Positions 12,270 to 25,299 of a stretch of DNA of 64,000 bases are shown here, one piece after another. The notes beneath the pieces were generated by a model, which was not told the DNA's origin, ran no database searches, and was given only the letters and a program-made list of their open reading frames with translations. Numbering within the stretch: the first letter of the stretch is position 1; every line of letters begins with the position of its first letter. Position numbers and translations under genes: made by a program. The stretch is from Chiloscyllium plagiosum (taxonomy: Eukaryota): NCBI RefSeq assembly GCF_004010195.1, contig NC_057711.1, forward strand, positions 76,767,674 to 76,831,673, read 5' to 3'.

Positions 12270-13500
12270 ACAACAATGTGTAATTATGTAGCATTTTGCC
12301 ATGCAAGCCTATGCTACTTTACAGAACTGTTATAAAGCAAAATTTCAATGAGCCAAATACAATGATATTAGGACAGATAGATAAAAGTTTGGTCAAAGCT
12401 CAGACTTAAAGAACATCATGAAGGAGGATAGACAGATGAAGAAGGGGTGAGGTTTAGGAAGACAATTCCAAAGTTTAGCCCCAAACCTCATTGAAAAATT
12501 GTTTTAAATGGAAATCTTTCTTTTTGTTTCTATACAGTCAAATACAGAGCTCAAGAAGCAGTGGTGCAAATATCACAGAGGATTATGGAGCTATAAGAGA
12601 TTACAGAGACAGGGAGTGGTGAGGCCATGACAAATCCTAAACTGAGGATGTGCACTTTACAATCAAGGCATTGTTTAACTGTGAGCCAGTGAAAGCTTAT
12701 GAATAAAAAATTAATGGATGAACATTGCTTCGTGTGAATTAGGCCACATGCACCAGAATTGTGCATAAACCCAAGTTTACAAAAGGTTGGATGATGGAGG
12801 CCAGTCAAGTGTGCATTAGAATAGTAAAGGTAAGAGATAAGAAAAACATTTAGAGAGAGTTTCAGCAGCAGATGACTTAAAGCAGGACAGTATCCAGTGA
12901 TATTACAGAGGTCAAAATAAGCATTTTAAGTAATAGTGTTGTGGGGATGTAGTCAGAAGCTTCTCTTAGGGCCATGTGTTTCACCTAAGTTGCCAACAGT
13001 TTGACTAAACCACAATAAGTTGCCAGTAAGAAAGATGAGGTTGCTAGATAGGGAATGAAGTCGGTCACATTAACGAAAGACAATGGTTTAGCTCTTCCTA
13101 TCCAACATTAATTGGATAAAAAGTTGGATAAGTAATCTGCCAAACTAGCAGCAGCAAAGGAGGTTTGATGAAGTGGAATGGGATGTTGTCTGAGTGCATA
13201 TCAAAACTAACATTGTGTCTTCAGGTGATGTTGCTACAGGGAAACCTGCATATATGAAATACAGTGGGGTGGAGGATAGATCTTCGCAACCATCAGAGGT
13301 AACAGGAGTGGGAGCAGGCAAAGAGTCATTGCAAATGATATTCTGACAATGATTAGTTGGGTAAGAATGGAAGCAGACAGTGTAATCACAGCCAGCTGGT
13401 TAAAAGTCTGCTCAACCTAGTTAAAGGCTAAAACAGGTCAAGGAGCATGAGAAGGGAAATTTTGCCTTTGTTATAGTCACATGGGATGTCTAGTGTAATG
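12270..13500 (-). mobile_element. Old L2-like LINE 3' region
   Basis: Purine-rich decayed sequence with gagattacagagacagggag...ggccatg; degenerate RT remnants near 13190-13310. Confidence 0.55.
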
Positions 13501-13630
13501 ACATGATATGGAGGTGCTGGTGTTGGACTGGAGTGGACAAAGTCAGAAGTCACATGAGACCAGGTTATAATCCAATTGATTTATTTGAAATCACAAGTTT
13601 CTGGAGCACTGCTCCTTCCTGAGGTGAAGA
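13500..13630 (-). mobile_element. PLE pseudo-LTR fragment (family A-related)
   Basis: Similar to 1338-1450. Confidence 0.65.
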
Positions 13631-14614
13631 CTGATTCCTGGAATGGCAAGACTGACTTATGAGAAGAAACTGAATTTGTTAGGACTATATCGACTAGAAT
13701 TTGGAAGCTTATGATCCTCTGGTTTCAGAGGTTAGTAGGGTGTAAAGTGAGGGAGAAGAGGACCCTATTTTTGTTATGGGATGGAAGAGAAGGATTGAGG
13801 GAAGAAATGCGTCAGACACAGCTAAGGGCCCTGACAACCAGGTAGCGGAGGGTTTCACTTTCCACCCCATCAGCCTTCATATCCAAAGGATAATAAACCA
13901 TGTTTCTGTCATTCCCCTCACCACCATGGTCAGTATTCCACAGGAACCATTCCCTCCTGGAAACTCTGCTCCACTCCTCTTCCATTCCCAACACACCCCA
14001 CACCCTCATGTATCTTCTCATGAAATCGCAGAAGGTATAGCACCTGCCTGTTTAGCTCTTCCCTCCTTGCCATCCAGGCCCCAGAAACACCTCTTAGGTG
14101 AAGCAACAATTTACCTGTATCTCAATCAATCTAGTCCACTGCATTCGCTGCTCACATCGGGGAGAAAAAACGCAGGCTGGGTGACCGTTTTGCAGAATAC
14201 CTATGCTGTGTCCATAATAATGACTCTGAGCATTCAGTTGCCTGCCATCTCAACACGCCATCATATTCCCATGCCAGCAACATTTCTCTCACTGGCCTGC
14301 TGCAGAACTCCAGAGAGGCTGAATGTAAACTGGAAGAACAATAAGTCATTTTCCATCCAGGTACCTTACAGTGTTCAGGATTCAATATTGAATTTAAAAA
14401 TTTGAGAGCTCGACAACCTCTTTCTATGTCTATTATCCACCCTCACACCCACGTCCTCTCTTGAACTGGGTCGCTTTCAGTACAACTAAAACATTTTCAA
14501 CTATTGATCACCTCCATTGTCACATACCTAGTTTCTCTTCTTCTCTGGTCTACTGTTAACAATCCCTTTATCTGCCTAGTTGTTTTTCTCTTTCTCTCTC
14601 TGGATTCACTCATC

Positions 14615-14800
14615 AACTAAAGGGTGTCACGGGGCTGAGTTGAGTATGGTTGCCATTACGAAAGAGATAGTGCTAGAAAAGTTAAAAAGTCTTAAAATTG
14701 ATAAATCTCCTGGCCCCGATGGGTTTCACCCTAGAGTTCTGAGAGAGGTGGCTGAGGAAATAGCAGAGGCATTGGTTGAGATCTTTCAAGAGTCACTGGA
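14615..14800 (+). mobile_element. CR1 ORF2 internal fragment
   Basis: LKIDKSPGPDGFHPRVLREVAEEIAEAL. Confidence 0.9.
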
Positions 14801-15340
14801 AGGAAGTAGATGTCAGAGGCTTCTCTGTTTGAATGTATTTTAGGCCCATTTAGGTTCATTGAGAGAAGTACAGACAAAAACATTGGTGCATGTCAAGCAC
14901 TTGTCCTCAACTTGCAGGAAGAGTAAGTATAAAGTGCAGTGAGGAACATAGAACAGAACAGCACAGTACTGGTCCTTCAGCCCTCAATGTTGTGCTGATC
15001 TGTAATCTTTCTCTAAGATCAAACTAACCAACGTTTTACTATCATCCAGAATCGGTGAAGTTGAGGGCTACGAGGTGGTATTATCAAAGATGAATTACCA
15101 CCTGGGGCAGATCAGCCATGTTCATAAAGAATGGTGGGACAGGCTTGATCGGCTCAATGGCTGACTCCTCCTCTTTCTTTTGCTCTTATGTGCAATAATA
15201 ACATACGTCTTGCTGCCAAATTCATTTTTTAAAGTTCCAAAGAGAATTCAATTCCAATCTCTATATCCTCACAGTAATTCACAGAATCATTGAATCACTA
15301 CAGTGTGGAAACAGGCCACTCGGCCCAGCAAGTCCGCATT

Positions 15341-16001
15341 GATTAAGAAAGCGAATGCAATGTTGTCTCTTATCTCGAGGGTTGGAATATAAAAGCAGAG
15401 ATGTACTACTAAGACTTTATAAAGCTCTGGTTAGGCCCCATTTGGAGTACTTTGTCCAGTTTTGGTCCCCACACCTCAGGAAGGACATACTGGCACTGGA
15501 ACGTGTCCAGCGGAGATTCACACGGATGATCCCTGGAATGACAGGTCTAACATATGAGGAACGGCTGAGGATACTGGGATTGTATTCGTTGGAGTTTAGA
15601 AGATTAAGGGGAGACTTAATAGAGACGTACAAAATAATACATGGCTTGGAAAAGGTGGATGCTAGGAAATTGTTTCTGTTAGACGAGGAGACTAGGACCC
15701 GTGGACACAGCCTTAGAATTAGAGGGGGTCATTTCAGAACAGAAATGCGGAGACATTTCTTCAGCCAGAGAGTGGTGGGCCTGTGGAATTCATTGCCACG
15801 GAGTGCAGTGGAAGCCGGGACGCTAAATGTCTTCAAGGCCGAGATTGATAGATTCTTGTTGTCTCGAGGAATTAAGGGCTACGGGGAGAACGCTGGTAAG
15901 TGCAGCTGAAATGCGCATCAGCCATGATTGAATGGCGGAGTGGACTCGATGGGCCAAATGGCCTTACTTCCACTCCTATGTCTTATGGTCTTATGGTCTT
16001 A
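15341..16001 (+). mobile_element. Young 5'-truncated CR1 LINE 3' end
   Basis: Uninterrupted ORF 15355-15909 (LYKALVRPHLEY...FSQRVVGLWNSLP), CpGs retained, (tcttatgg)n tail. Confidence 0.95.
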
Positions 16002-16279
16002 ACTATCCACTCCCTCTTCCATATTCCACACCCTCCTGTCATCAGCATTAATGCCATCTTTAACTAGCAGCTATCAGTTCTGAAGAAGAGTCGCTGTACT
16101 CAAAATGTTAAAGGTGCTTTCTCTTCACAAGTGCTGCCAGGCATACTGGGTTTCTCCAGCAATTTCTGTTTTTTTGTTTCGGAGATCCAGCATCTCTGGT
16201 TCTTTGTTTTATTTTAGTATTTGAATAAATCTGTTTTGTGCTCTTTCGTGAAATAACAGAGTGGTTTGTACTTACAAAC

Positions 16280-17245
16280 TTTCTGAAGGCATATGATAAA
16301 GCATTACAATGATAGACAACACTAAAATTGAAACCCATGAAATTAAAATGACAGCAGCTGGGATGGTGTAAAATTGACTTTGGGACAGCAGGAGGTAATG
16401 ACTAGCAGTTTATTTTTCAGGGCAGAGGAATGTTTACAGTGGCATTTTCCAAGAGGCAGCGTTGGAACAACCACTTTTAGGCATAATTTTAAAGCCATGT
16501 AGTGGCATGAAACTCAAAAATATTATAAACTGTGAGGACAGTAGTAAGTCCTCAGGAGCACAGATAGACTGATGAAATGGACAATGGTTGACAGAGCATA
16601 TTGTAAAAAGCTGCTATCAAGTCATTTGGGATTTTTGGCTTTATTCTCAGAGATGTAGACAAGGAAGTAGTGTTAAAGCTTTATAAAATATTGTTTCAGC
16701 CTAAATGAAGTATTGGCTGGGGTTGGGGGGGGTGTGGGGGGCAGTGTTTGAGACACTGCACATTTGGAAGGATGTTAGTCCTTTGGAAAGTGAGCATAAA
16801 TTTACTTGAATGATATCAGGGATGAAAGTCTTCAGTTATGTGGAGAGAGTAAATAAACTGTAGTTATTATTTTTACATACTAAAAGTACATTTTATTATT
16901 CTTTCACATTAAGAGTAAATTTTACAGAAGTGTTAAAATGATGAGGCACTTTAATAGAGTAAATAAGGAAAAATAGTTTCCTGGCAAAGAAACTAGAGGA
17001 GAAATTAGGATTTTTTTTCTGAGTTCCTTTTATTAGGAATGTACTACCATGAAACGCTAATCAAAACAGATTCAATAGTAACTGTCAAAAGGGAAGGAGA
17101 TAAACACTTGAAGTAGTACAAATTGCACAAAACACTTGTGGGTCCAAGGAAACAGCAGCAGAATAAGAGTAATTGGGTAGCCCTTTTAAAGAATCAGGAA
17201 CAATATGATGGGCCAAATGGCCTTCTCTCATGCTGTATTGTTCTA
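16280..17245 (+). mobile_element. Old, highly decayed CR1 LINE
   Basis: Scattered RT and 3' remnants ending in a gatgggccaaatggccttctc tail. Confidence 0.65.
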
Positions 17246-18103
17246 TTTTTCCATACTATCAATAGCGTTGTTCACTATTTTCGTAACTGCCCTAACCTCA
17301 TCTTCCATCTGGATTTACAGAATGGCATGAATTGCTCAACAAATTTCCTGCTCATTTTTTCCCATTCTTGCTCTTGAGGTAGGGGGTGAGGCAGCATTAA
17401 TTTTTTTGGTCCTTTCCGTTGAGGAACTATTCTTGACTTCTTCTGGGAATATATTCCTCTCTTCCTTCATGATTTAAATTTGCAGGTATATTCCTTTAAG
17501 AGGCTGCTGGCACCTGATAACCTGTTTTCTGATTCTTTGCATTCCTAGCCTGTCAGGCTGATGATAATGAAAAGGGCTATTTAAATGAGTTGACCTCATG
17601 TTATAGCATGAGATAAAACACAGGTGTATGTTTTACCCAAGGGAAGCAATCCCACTGCAACAGGACCATGATAGCTGTCCCATGTCCTTTTGTGGCTTTT
17701 CCAAAACAAAACACTACTTAGCAATGTAAAGCTGTTTCTGCTGTAAACCTATATCCTCCACATACTTGTGGATCTACTGCAGCTGCAGACTAGTTCTGCA
17801 CTCCCACTCTGCTAATCTAATTGATTTCTACAGAATACGTTTGATCACTTTAAAAAAAATCAGACAAGTTGTTCAGTATTAAATGTCATGGCACAGAATT
17901 GTTTCTGTTCCCACAGAAATAATTGTGCAATTGTTTTTTGAAAGAAATATAGTTGAACAAATAGAAACTCTGGAGCTTTATATTGGTTTAATAATGACTC
18001 TTTATATAACCAGATATAACCAAATTCAACCTAATCCTCTTGTCAGGAATGAGAAGATTGCTCAATCTCTGAAAGGTTAAGATTGGTTCTCTCATTTGAC
18101 AGT

Positions 18104-18298
18104 CGAGAGTGTGGTGCTGGAAAAACATAGCAGGTCAGGCAGGATCTGAGGAGCTGGAGAATCAACATTTCGGGCAAAAGCCCTTCATCAGGAATCCTGA
18201 TGATTTTCCTGCTCCTCGGATGCTGCCTGACCTGCTGTGCTTTTTCAGCACCATACTCTTGACTCTAATCTCCAGCATCTGCAGTCCTCACTTTCGCC
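18104..18298. mobile_element. Hairpin PLE derivative (family B) with hammerhead core
   Basis: Inverted pLTR arms; degraded TSD ctctcatttgacagt / ctcttattcaacagt (18089-18103, 18301-18315). Confidence 0.85.
18163..18196 (-). ncRNA. Minimal hammerhead ribozyme motif
   Basis: Minus strand: CTGATGA-A-GGGC-tttt-GCCC-GAAA-tgtt. Confidence 0.65.
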
Positions 18299-21200
18299 CT
18301 CTCTTATTCAACAGTTTCTTATAGTTATTTGGAAGTTACTTACAATAGCCATTATATCATTGTACATAATTTAGCAGTCTTAGTGTACACATGCATACAT
18401 AAAGTTGAATTGCATTAAATATTAAAAGCCTTGATTGGTCATTGGGGTTACCCCAGTAAATACATTACTGTATTTTTAAGAGTTAATTTTTGGTGAAAAG
18501 TACTGAATACTGTCTTCAAATGTATAGCATTCAATTCACACTTTATAAACTTCCAAGGAGTAAAATTCTAAGCACAAAGTAGTCTATGCTGCAGTAATAA
18601 ATCACTTGTTCCATTTTGAATGATGACTATTCATTCATTTTGCTAGCTGTGGTTTCCATTGACTATGGGAAATGTCAACATCTTTTTCTCTTTCAGTGTA
18701 CCCACCCTTATACAGTAGACGGCTAGCTGGAATTGTATCTGATGAAAGAACCTTTTCCACTCAATCTGTCATTCTGCCCATTGTCGCTTGTTCAGCTTGT
18801 AATTAGATAGGCCCACACCAGCAGCTGGTCTACACATCCTGGCCAAAGTGTTCATAAAGCTGATATTGACAGCACTGTGCATTCTATTCTACTAAGGATA
18901 ACAAAAGAACAAGCAGTTTGTTTGATTTTAGAACTGGTTGCAAAAGTTAACACTGTTGTATTCCCTTTGGTTGCATTTTTACAATAAGGCTTTTAGAAAT
19001 TCTTCGTAGAAATATTTCTTAGATAAAGGCTGAATAGCGTACTGCGTTTAACATGGGCCTCTGGGACTCAGGTTCAAATTCTACCTGGGCACAAATTAAA
19101 TGCTTCTTTTTTGTTAAGTAATTGTGAAGGGTCCCAAATAATCTGAATTTAATCTAGTTTCCACTGGATGTAATTCTACAGTATAAAAATCAACTTGATT
19201 GCATTATTGTTGGCACCGATTTAGGCATCTAGCTGACCCATCACCAAATCGGAAGCATAAGTGTTACATTAATACAGTAGGATGTGTTTTCCTCAATCTC
19301 TGATTTGTTTGCAAACTTCGATAAATGGAATATATCGCTATTGTAAGCCATGAATGATTTTCTCAATTTTCTGTCATTTTTCCAGCTAGCTCTGCCCTCA
19401 TTCCTTTGTATTACCTGTATTTAAGCTTAGCACAGTTCTTTCCAACCCAAGTACCTCTGTCTCAAACTGAATACTAAATTCTACCATGTTTGTAGTTACT
19501 GTTTCTGAGGGAAATATTGCAATAATCTGAGAGAGAAAAAAATAAATTTTGGAATTATAGTAAGTACACTCGAATTGTTCTGAACAAATCACGTTGAATC
19601 TCTGCAGTTGGTAAATGCACTGGAGCTCCCCGGTTGTGCTAAACAAGCTAGATTGAAGCTTCCTGCCATCTGACCTGGAAAATCCTGAGAATTGTGTGTA
19701 CTCTGGGAGCAAATACATTTCCTCTAAAAATAGATGGCTCAGATATGTCTATATGGCAGTTTTAACTTGTAGTTTGGTAACTTTGTCTAACGCAATCTCA
19801 AAGTTTTCAGACTAAATTGACATAGTTTATAAATTATGGATTCTGAGTGCTGCATTAAATTTATATGAACTATCATTGCTACTTCCCCATCCATGTTTTA
19901 TTCTGCCAGATGTTTAATGATAGAATATTGCTGTGTTAGAGTTTCAGCTGTCAGATCAGATAACAGTCATTAATAATCAGTGCAAAATACCCTCAGAATT
20001 TAAAATAATAATATGTAATATTAGTAACTTGAAGTAAATCTTTCAAGCAACCAAGCTAATAGTAATCTTGTCAACAATCTACATAGCTTGCCTCCCATCC
20101 CTGCTTGGTTCACTGTACATTTAGTAAAGAATATAATAGCAAAGCTCATGTTTTATTGGAACAGATTACAGAGTACTGTGCACCTTTGTAATGAATGCTG
20201 ATTTGGTTTCCATCAACAAATAAAGTATAATGAAACTCAGACTTCCTGCATTCTTAAGTCATTGCTCAGTAACAGGCCAAAGCTGGTTAGGTGTAGTTTA
20301 TATTCTCTAATGTAATGACTAGAAGTGAGTTAGTGGCTTCAGTTTTTAAGGTACTTACGGAGTATATTTTCATAAGATATTGCTGCATCACTCTTGGTAA
20401 AAGATTTTGTTAGTTGAGTCCTAATCTGAATCTACAGCAAGTGTTGAGGAAACTAATGAAAGGGAGAAATATACTTGATCTCTGTTACTCCTCTCGGGGC
20501 TAATGCACTGGCAATGAAGCCCCACTGTTCCTGGAAATATCACTAAAGCTAAAGATTTTATAAAAATACACAAAATTGCCAATTTACCTATTTTTTAGAA
20601 GCAGTTGACAAAAAGTATGGATCAGGTTTTTACACTTGGCAATAATCAGTGCTTATTACAAAATAATATTCAAGCTATAGATAAATAATTGCAAGCCATC
20701 GACGTATAAGTGGACTAAGTCTCTAATCTCCTTACTTTTTTTTGAACTTTGGATTTTCCTTTTGTTCCTGAAAGTCGCAATTATTATTCTCCACTCCTAT
20801 CATCATTGGCACTATATGAAACACACTGTTCAGGAATTCTTAATGAGCTGCAGGATTTACAGAAGACACATCAATTCGAGGGGAAGCTAAATGGACATGT
20901 ATTGACACTTAAGGCATTCTGTCTGCATCTATCATTATCCTTGAAATCACTTTTTAGAATGATTTTGCATTAAAGTGAATGTGTCAGAGAAGACCCATCT
21001 TTACTGTCTTTGCTTATCAAGTCAGGCTGTGTCAGAGTTGGACCATTCGCTGCAGGATGACCTAAAGGCAACATGTGGAACAGAGGCAGTTGTTCTCAGA
21101 GCAGTGGAGATACTCTCAGCATCAAGATTTCACACTGTCATATTCCAAGTATTTCAGGAGACATCTAGTCAGTCTACTGTGCAAAGGAAAATTGCTATTT

Positions 21201-21943
21201 TTTTTCAAGTGGCAATCATCTTACCTAAGAAAAGGAGATAACAAATCTACAGGACCTAGACCTTTCAATTGGACTTAGGTTCCACTCAAGGTCAAGGCAT
21301 TGAAAACGTCATTCACATGAACATTGAATTATCCTCAGATGAATCTCCTTTGTATATGAATATAAATTATTTTTACTTAGTTACCAAATAGGTATTCAAC
21401 TACAGAAAGCATGTGTACTAATGGTAATAACTGTATGATACACTTCTATTATTATCTAACCGGTTTTTCCACTTGGTTAGAAGGTCTCACAAGAAAAGCC
21501 AACAATAAAGGCCAAGATCCAATGCTACCTGCAATGTGATATCTGGTGTCTTCAGGAGTGGCTAGCCCACAATCTCCACCAGCGAGAAAGACCATCAGAC
21601 AAAACTCCAACTGATGACTTAAAAGCTGTCCAGTGGTCTTGCAGTATCATAAGCCACAACATTGTAATCTTGACCTGCCAGGAGCCATCCCTCGATCAGA
21701 GCCATCAGACTCTTGAAGCTGAGCGTCATTACTGAAGGTTGAAGCTTAACTGCAAGTAAGTGAGTTGATATTTTTAGGGGATCATGGGATGGGGTCACGG
21801 GAAGAGGAAGATCTGGAGGTCAGAGGCAATGAGTGGGGAGGGGTAGGGGTGGTGACTTTCAGCCACTAGCCCCTCAAAGTATGTGACCTGTCTTTAATGA
21901 AAGATTGCTTGCAAAATTTGCAAAGCAGTTACTCTTCTAATCT

Positions 21944-22079
21944 TTGATTCCTGAAGAAGGGCTGATGCCCGAAACGTCAATTCTCCTGCTCCTTGGATGC
22001 TGCCTGACCTGCTGTGCTTTTCCAGCAACACATTTTTCAGCTCTGATCTCCAGCATCTGCAGTCCTCACTTCTCCTATC
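21944..22079 (+). mobile_element. Solo PLE pseudo-LTR (family B) with 10-bp TSD
   Basis: TSD cttctaatct at 21934-21943 and 22080-22089; inserted into a CR1 remnant. Confidence 0.9.
21946..21985 (+). ncRNA. Minimal type I hammerhead ribozyme motif
   Basis: CTGAAGA-A-GGGC-tgat-GCCC-GAAAC-GTC: both core boxes, stem II, palindromic ACGT in place of stem III, GUC cleavage triplet. Confidence 0.75.
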
Positions 22080-22089
22080 CTTCTAATCT

Positions 22090-22670
22090 AATCAAGGCAT
22101 TAATGAGAACACATATGGAATATTACATACAGTTTTGATCCCAATATTTGAGCAAGGATAGCATTTTATTGGGAGCGGTTCAGAAGAGGTTCACTTGATT
22201 GATTCCAGAGATGAGGGCTTTGCCTTACAAAGAGAAATAGAACAATTTAGAGTTGTTCTAAACTCTTTGGAGTTTAGAAGAATGAGAAAAGATCTAATTG
22301 AGGTGTATAAAATGATGAATGGAATTGACAAAAGTAGATGTAGAGAGGATGTTTCCGCATGTGGGGTGATAAAGAAAGACAGAGCGTAGTTTAGGATAAG
22401 CGGTAGCCAATTTAACATAGTGATGAGGAGAAATATTTCTCTCAAAGGGTCATGAATCTGTGGAATTCACTACACCAGAGTATGGTGGATGCTGGGACAT
22501 TGAGTAACTTTAAGGAAGAGGTAGACAGACTTTTAATTAGCAATGGGTTGAAGGGACAGCAGGTAGGAACATGGGGTTGAAGCTGAGATGAGATTAACCA
22601 TGATGGTATTAAATGGTAGAAGTGGCTTCAAGAGCATGAATTGCCTCCTTCTGCTGCCTGTTCTTTTGTT
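22090..22670 (+). mobile_element. CR1 LINE 3' fragment
   Basis: SLEFRRMRKDLIEVYKMM motif and CR1 tail. Confidence 0.85.
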
Positions 22671-22930
22671 ATTTTATCTGCTATTTTTAGACTTGGGTAA
22701 GATTAGGTTCTTTCAGAATTTAATCATCATGCTTTTGGAAGAGAGAATTTGAAGTCATGTGAGTCATAAAGATCTGTTGCAGTGGGAGATAGACCTAAAG
22801 AGCAGTCAATTGATGGATTTTACAGCTTCAGTGTCTCCCACGAAAAGGATTCCAATGCCTGTAAATAAGAATTGAAAACTCTACCGCACACAGTGCACCT
22901 TAAAACTCTGTTCTTATTTTTACTTCACAG

Positions 22931-23050
22931 GCAAGTTGCTGCACAATTAATATGAATGCAAAGATGGGTAGAGAAGTCACCATTTTGAAACATTTGTCAC
23001 AGCATGAATGGGGTCTCTGGGTGGGTAGACATGAATTTACCTACATCGAG
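22931..23050 (+). CDS. Candidate internal coding exon of an unidentified host gene (ASCCTINMNAKMGREVTILKHLSQHEWGLWVGRHEFTYIE)
   Basis: Polypyrimidine acceptor ttcttatttttacttcacag, donor GAG|gttggt, 120 nt in phase 0-0, open in only one frame, non-repetitive context. Confidence 0.45.
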
Positions 23051-23811
23051 GTTGGTGGTGTTTTTGCATCAAAAACTGCCAGCGAAAGTGAGAGATAACA
23101 GGTAAAGATTAAACTATGCATGTGATCCATAAAATGGAGTTATTATTTGCTGAATTCAAGGTTCCAGAAATGGGCAGCATCATTAAAATGTCATGAAATA
23201 AATGTTAAACTAAAATGTAACCAAAGGAGTATAACCATGTAATCTTTAATTCATTATTCTTGTGACACTAATTACTCTCACCTTGGCAGTGCTTGGCAAA
23301 ATAGCCTCATATAGCTACCATTAATCAGAGATTGAATTAGACCAACCTATAAATATGATGGTTGCAAGAACAAGTCATAGAATCATAGTGTCATGCAGCA
23401 CAGAAACATTCCCTGTGTCCAACTTGTCCATGCTGACAAAGTTTTTTGTGAGAATGGTGGACTGAAAAAAAAGGGTTTGGGTTTGAAGCATATACATTAA
23501 TTAGTTTAGTTTGTTGTTTATTTTTTTTTCTGTGCTAAAGCTATTGTATATTTAATAAATTAATGTATTTTGTTTAAAATTTGTTTATTTTGTACAAACC
23601 CAGTGTTTGGAATTTATTATTTGTGAAGTGTGGGATTGACTATTCAAAAGTCTGGTTCAGACCATTAGTTTAACTATTGAGGATCTTTGAAGTTTCTAAT
23701 TTTACTGTGTTACGAATGCAGACTTAGAAAGATTGATTTGGTTTGGCTATCTGTCTCGATGTCATTGCAATAAAACTACTATTTATGGCTTATAAATCAA
23801 TTCCAACTATT

Positions 23812-23970
23812 AAATTGCCCATAGTTTTCAGGGATGTGTAGGATAGGTGCATTAGTCAGGGGTAAATGTAGGATAATTGGGTAGGGGAATGGGTCTGGGT
23901 GGGTTACTGTTTGGAGGGAGGGTGTGGACTGGTTGGGCTGAAGGGCCTGTTTCTATGAAATCTATGAAAA
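23812..23970 (+). mobile_element. HE1 SINE 3' portion
   Basis: taaattgcccatag...gggtctgggtgggttact...gaagggcctgtttc. Confidence 0.8.
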
Positions 23971-25299
23971 TCTACAGGCAGACAAAAATGAATAATCAAC
24001 ATATAAGACCAATGGCTGGGACTCTAACTCCCTTCTTAACCCCCTACACATACAGTCAGACAGAGACAGAGAAACAAATATGCATGTTATAGATGGAGTA
24101 AAGAATACTGGCAAAGTATTTCCATAGCACCAGTCCCACCGATTCGATCATGACATTATTTGCTTCCTGTGACCTTCTGTACTCTGATACCTCTTTTTCT
24201 AAATTCAGTCAATTCTTTGTGGAAGGCACAGGGCACTTGTCATATTAATTGTGAAGCCATTCAATCACTGAATAAAGGCATCAGCTTACAGGAATTGGTG
24301 GCTGACTTCCTTGCTGTCTCCCAGGCTTTTGTTACTTCTCTGCAGGAAGAGAGCGAGATAGAGATAGACTTAGTCTTCTCTGCAGTCTGGAGGCTTCTCT
24401 CCCTGGCAAGCTGTTCACCTGCCAGGAGCCAAACGGAGTTACCTACATGTAATGACATGCATTCATACCTAATCCTAATTGCACAAAGCAACTAGTAATT
24501 TGTTACTGAGTGAAACCCATTCTGCACACACATAGCCCTGGTACTGTGGCATCTTTGATATCATCGCCCACTTCTGGAACAAAGCAACAGTATAAGCACG
24601 TCTCAATGGGTTCTAGTAATTAGTAGCCCAACTCATGAATTGAACCAGGGCTCAATCACTTGCTCTGTCAGTGCTAACTCACCCTACTTCTACCACAGAA
24701 TCCCTGCCTTGCCTTGCATCTTTGTGCTGAGCCTCCTTCACCAGAAATTAAAAGCTCACAGAACTTCTGTCTTGTCTTGCCTTTTAAAGCAAAGCCAGGC
24801 AGCTTGTCATGGTTGTCACAAATAATCAGTTAAAAGAGGGGAAATGTTGTTGTACGGCATGTGCTATCATAGTCTCACACTTGCACCATGTGCCTTCAGA
24901 TTACGGGGCAAACACACGGCATGTGTTTCAACCAAATGACCATTATCTCATAGTTTAAGGAGAGTAGTCCTCAGCCAAGTTAAGAAATACAACCTTCAGC
25001 TCAGGGTGCAAGCTCAGTAAGTCAGTTTGGAAGCTCAGTACTGGTGGGCTTGACAGGGAGTGTCAGGAAGAAAGGAACATGAGGGTTTGGTTATGGGCAG
25101 CCTTAATTATCAGGCTAAACTCACTGTGCCAAGCAAAACCTGTGGTGTTTTCCACACTCATGGGTCTCACAAACTCATGCAGAGAAATTCAGAAGCAGCA
25201 AACAGATGTTCCACCAACGCCAGGACCAGCAGCAACCCCCAGTGGATTTCAAACAGCTACACGAGAAGAGGTAACAGCTGAAGGATTTCTCAGGATGCA

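Larger units (their letters stand above)
13850..16220 (+). mobile_element. Penelope-like element (family E): GIY-YIG region and pLTR, split by nested insertions at about 14615-16001
   Basis: TFHP motif and QFTC..LVHCIRCS..IGEKKRRLGDRFAE at 13850-14210; 3' part resumes at 16002 and ends in a pLTR at 16073-16220. Confidence 0.8.

Noticed and set aside
12539..12620. Exon-like acceptor/donor pair
   Set aside because: Lies within the antisense L2 remnant
24160..24495. 111-aa ORF as a host gene
   Set aside because: Non-ATG start, no recognisable domain, no coherent splice structure
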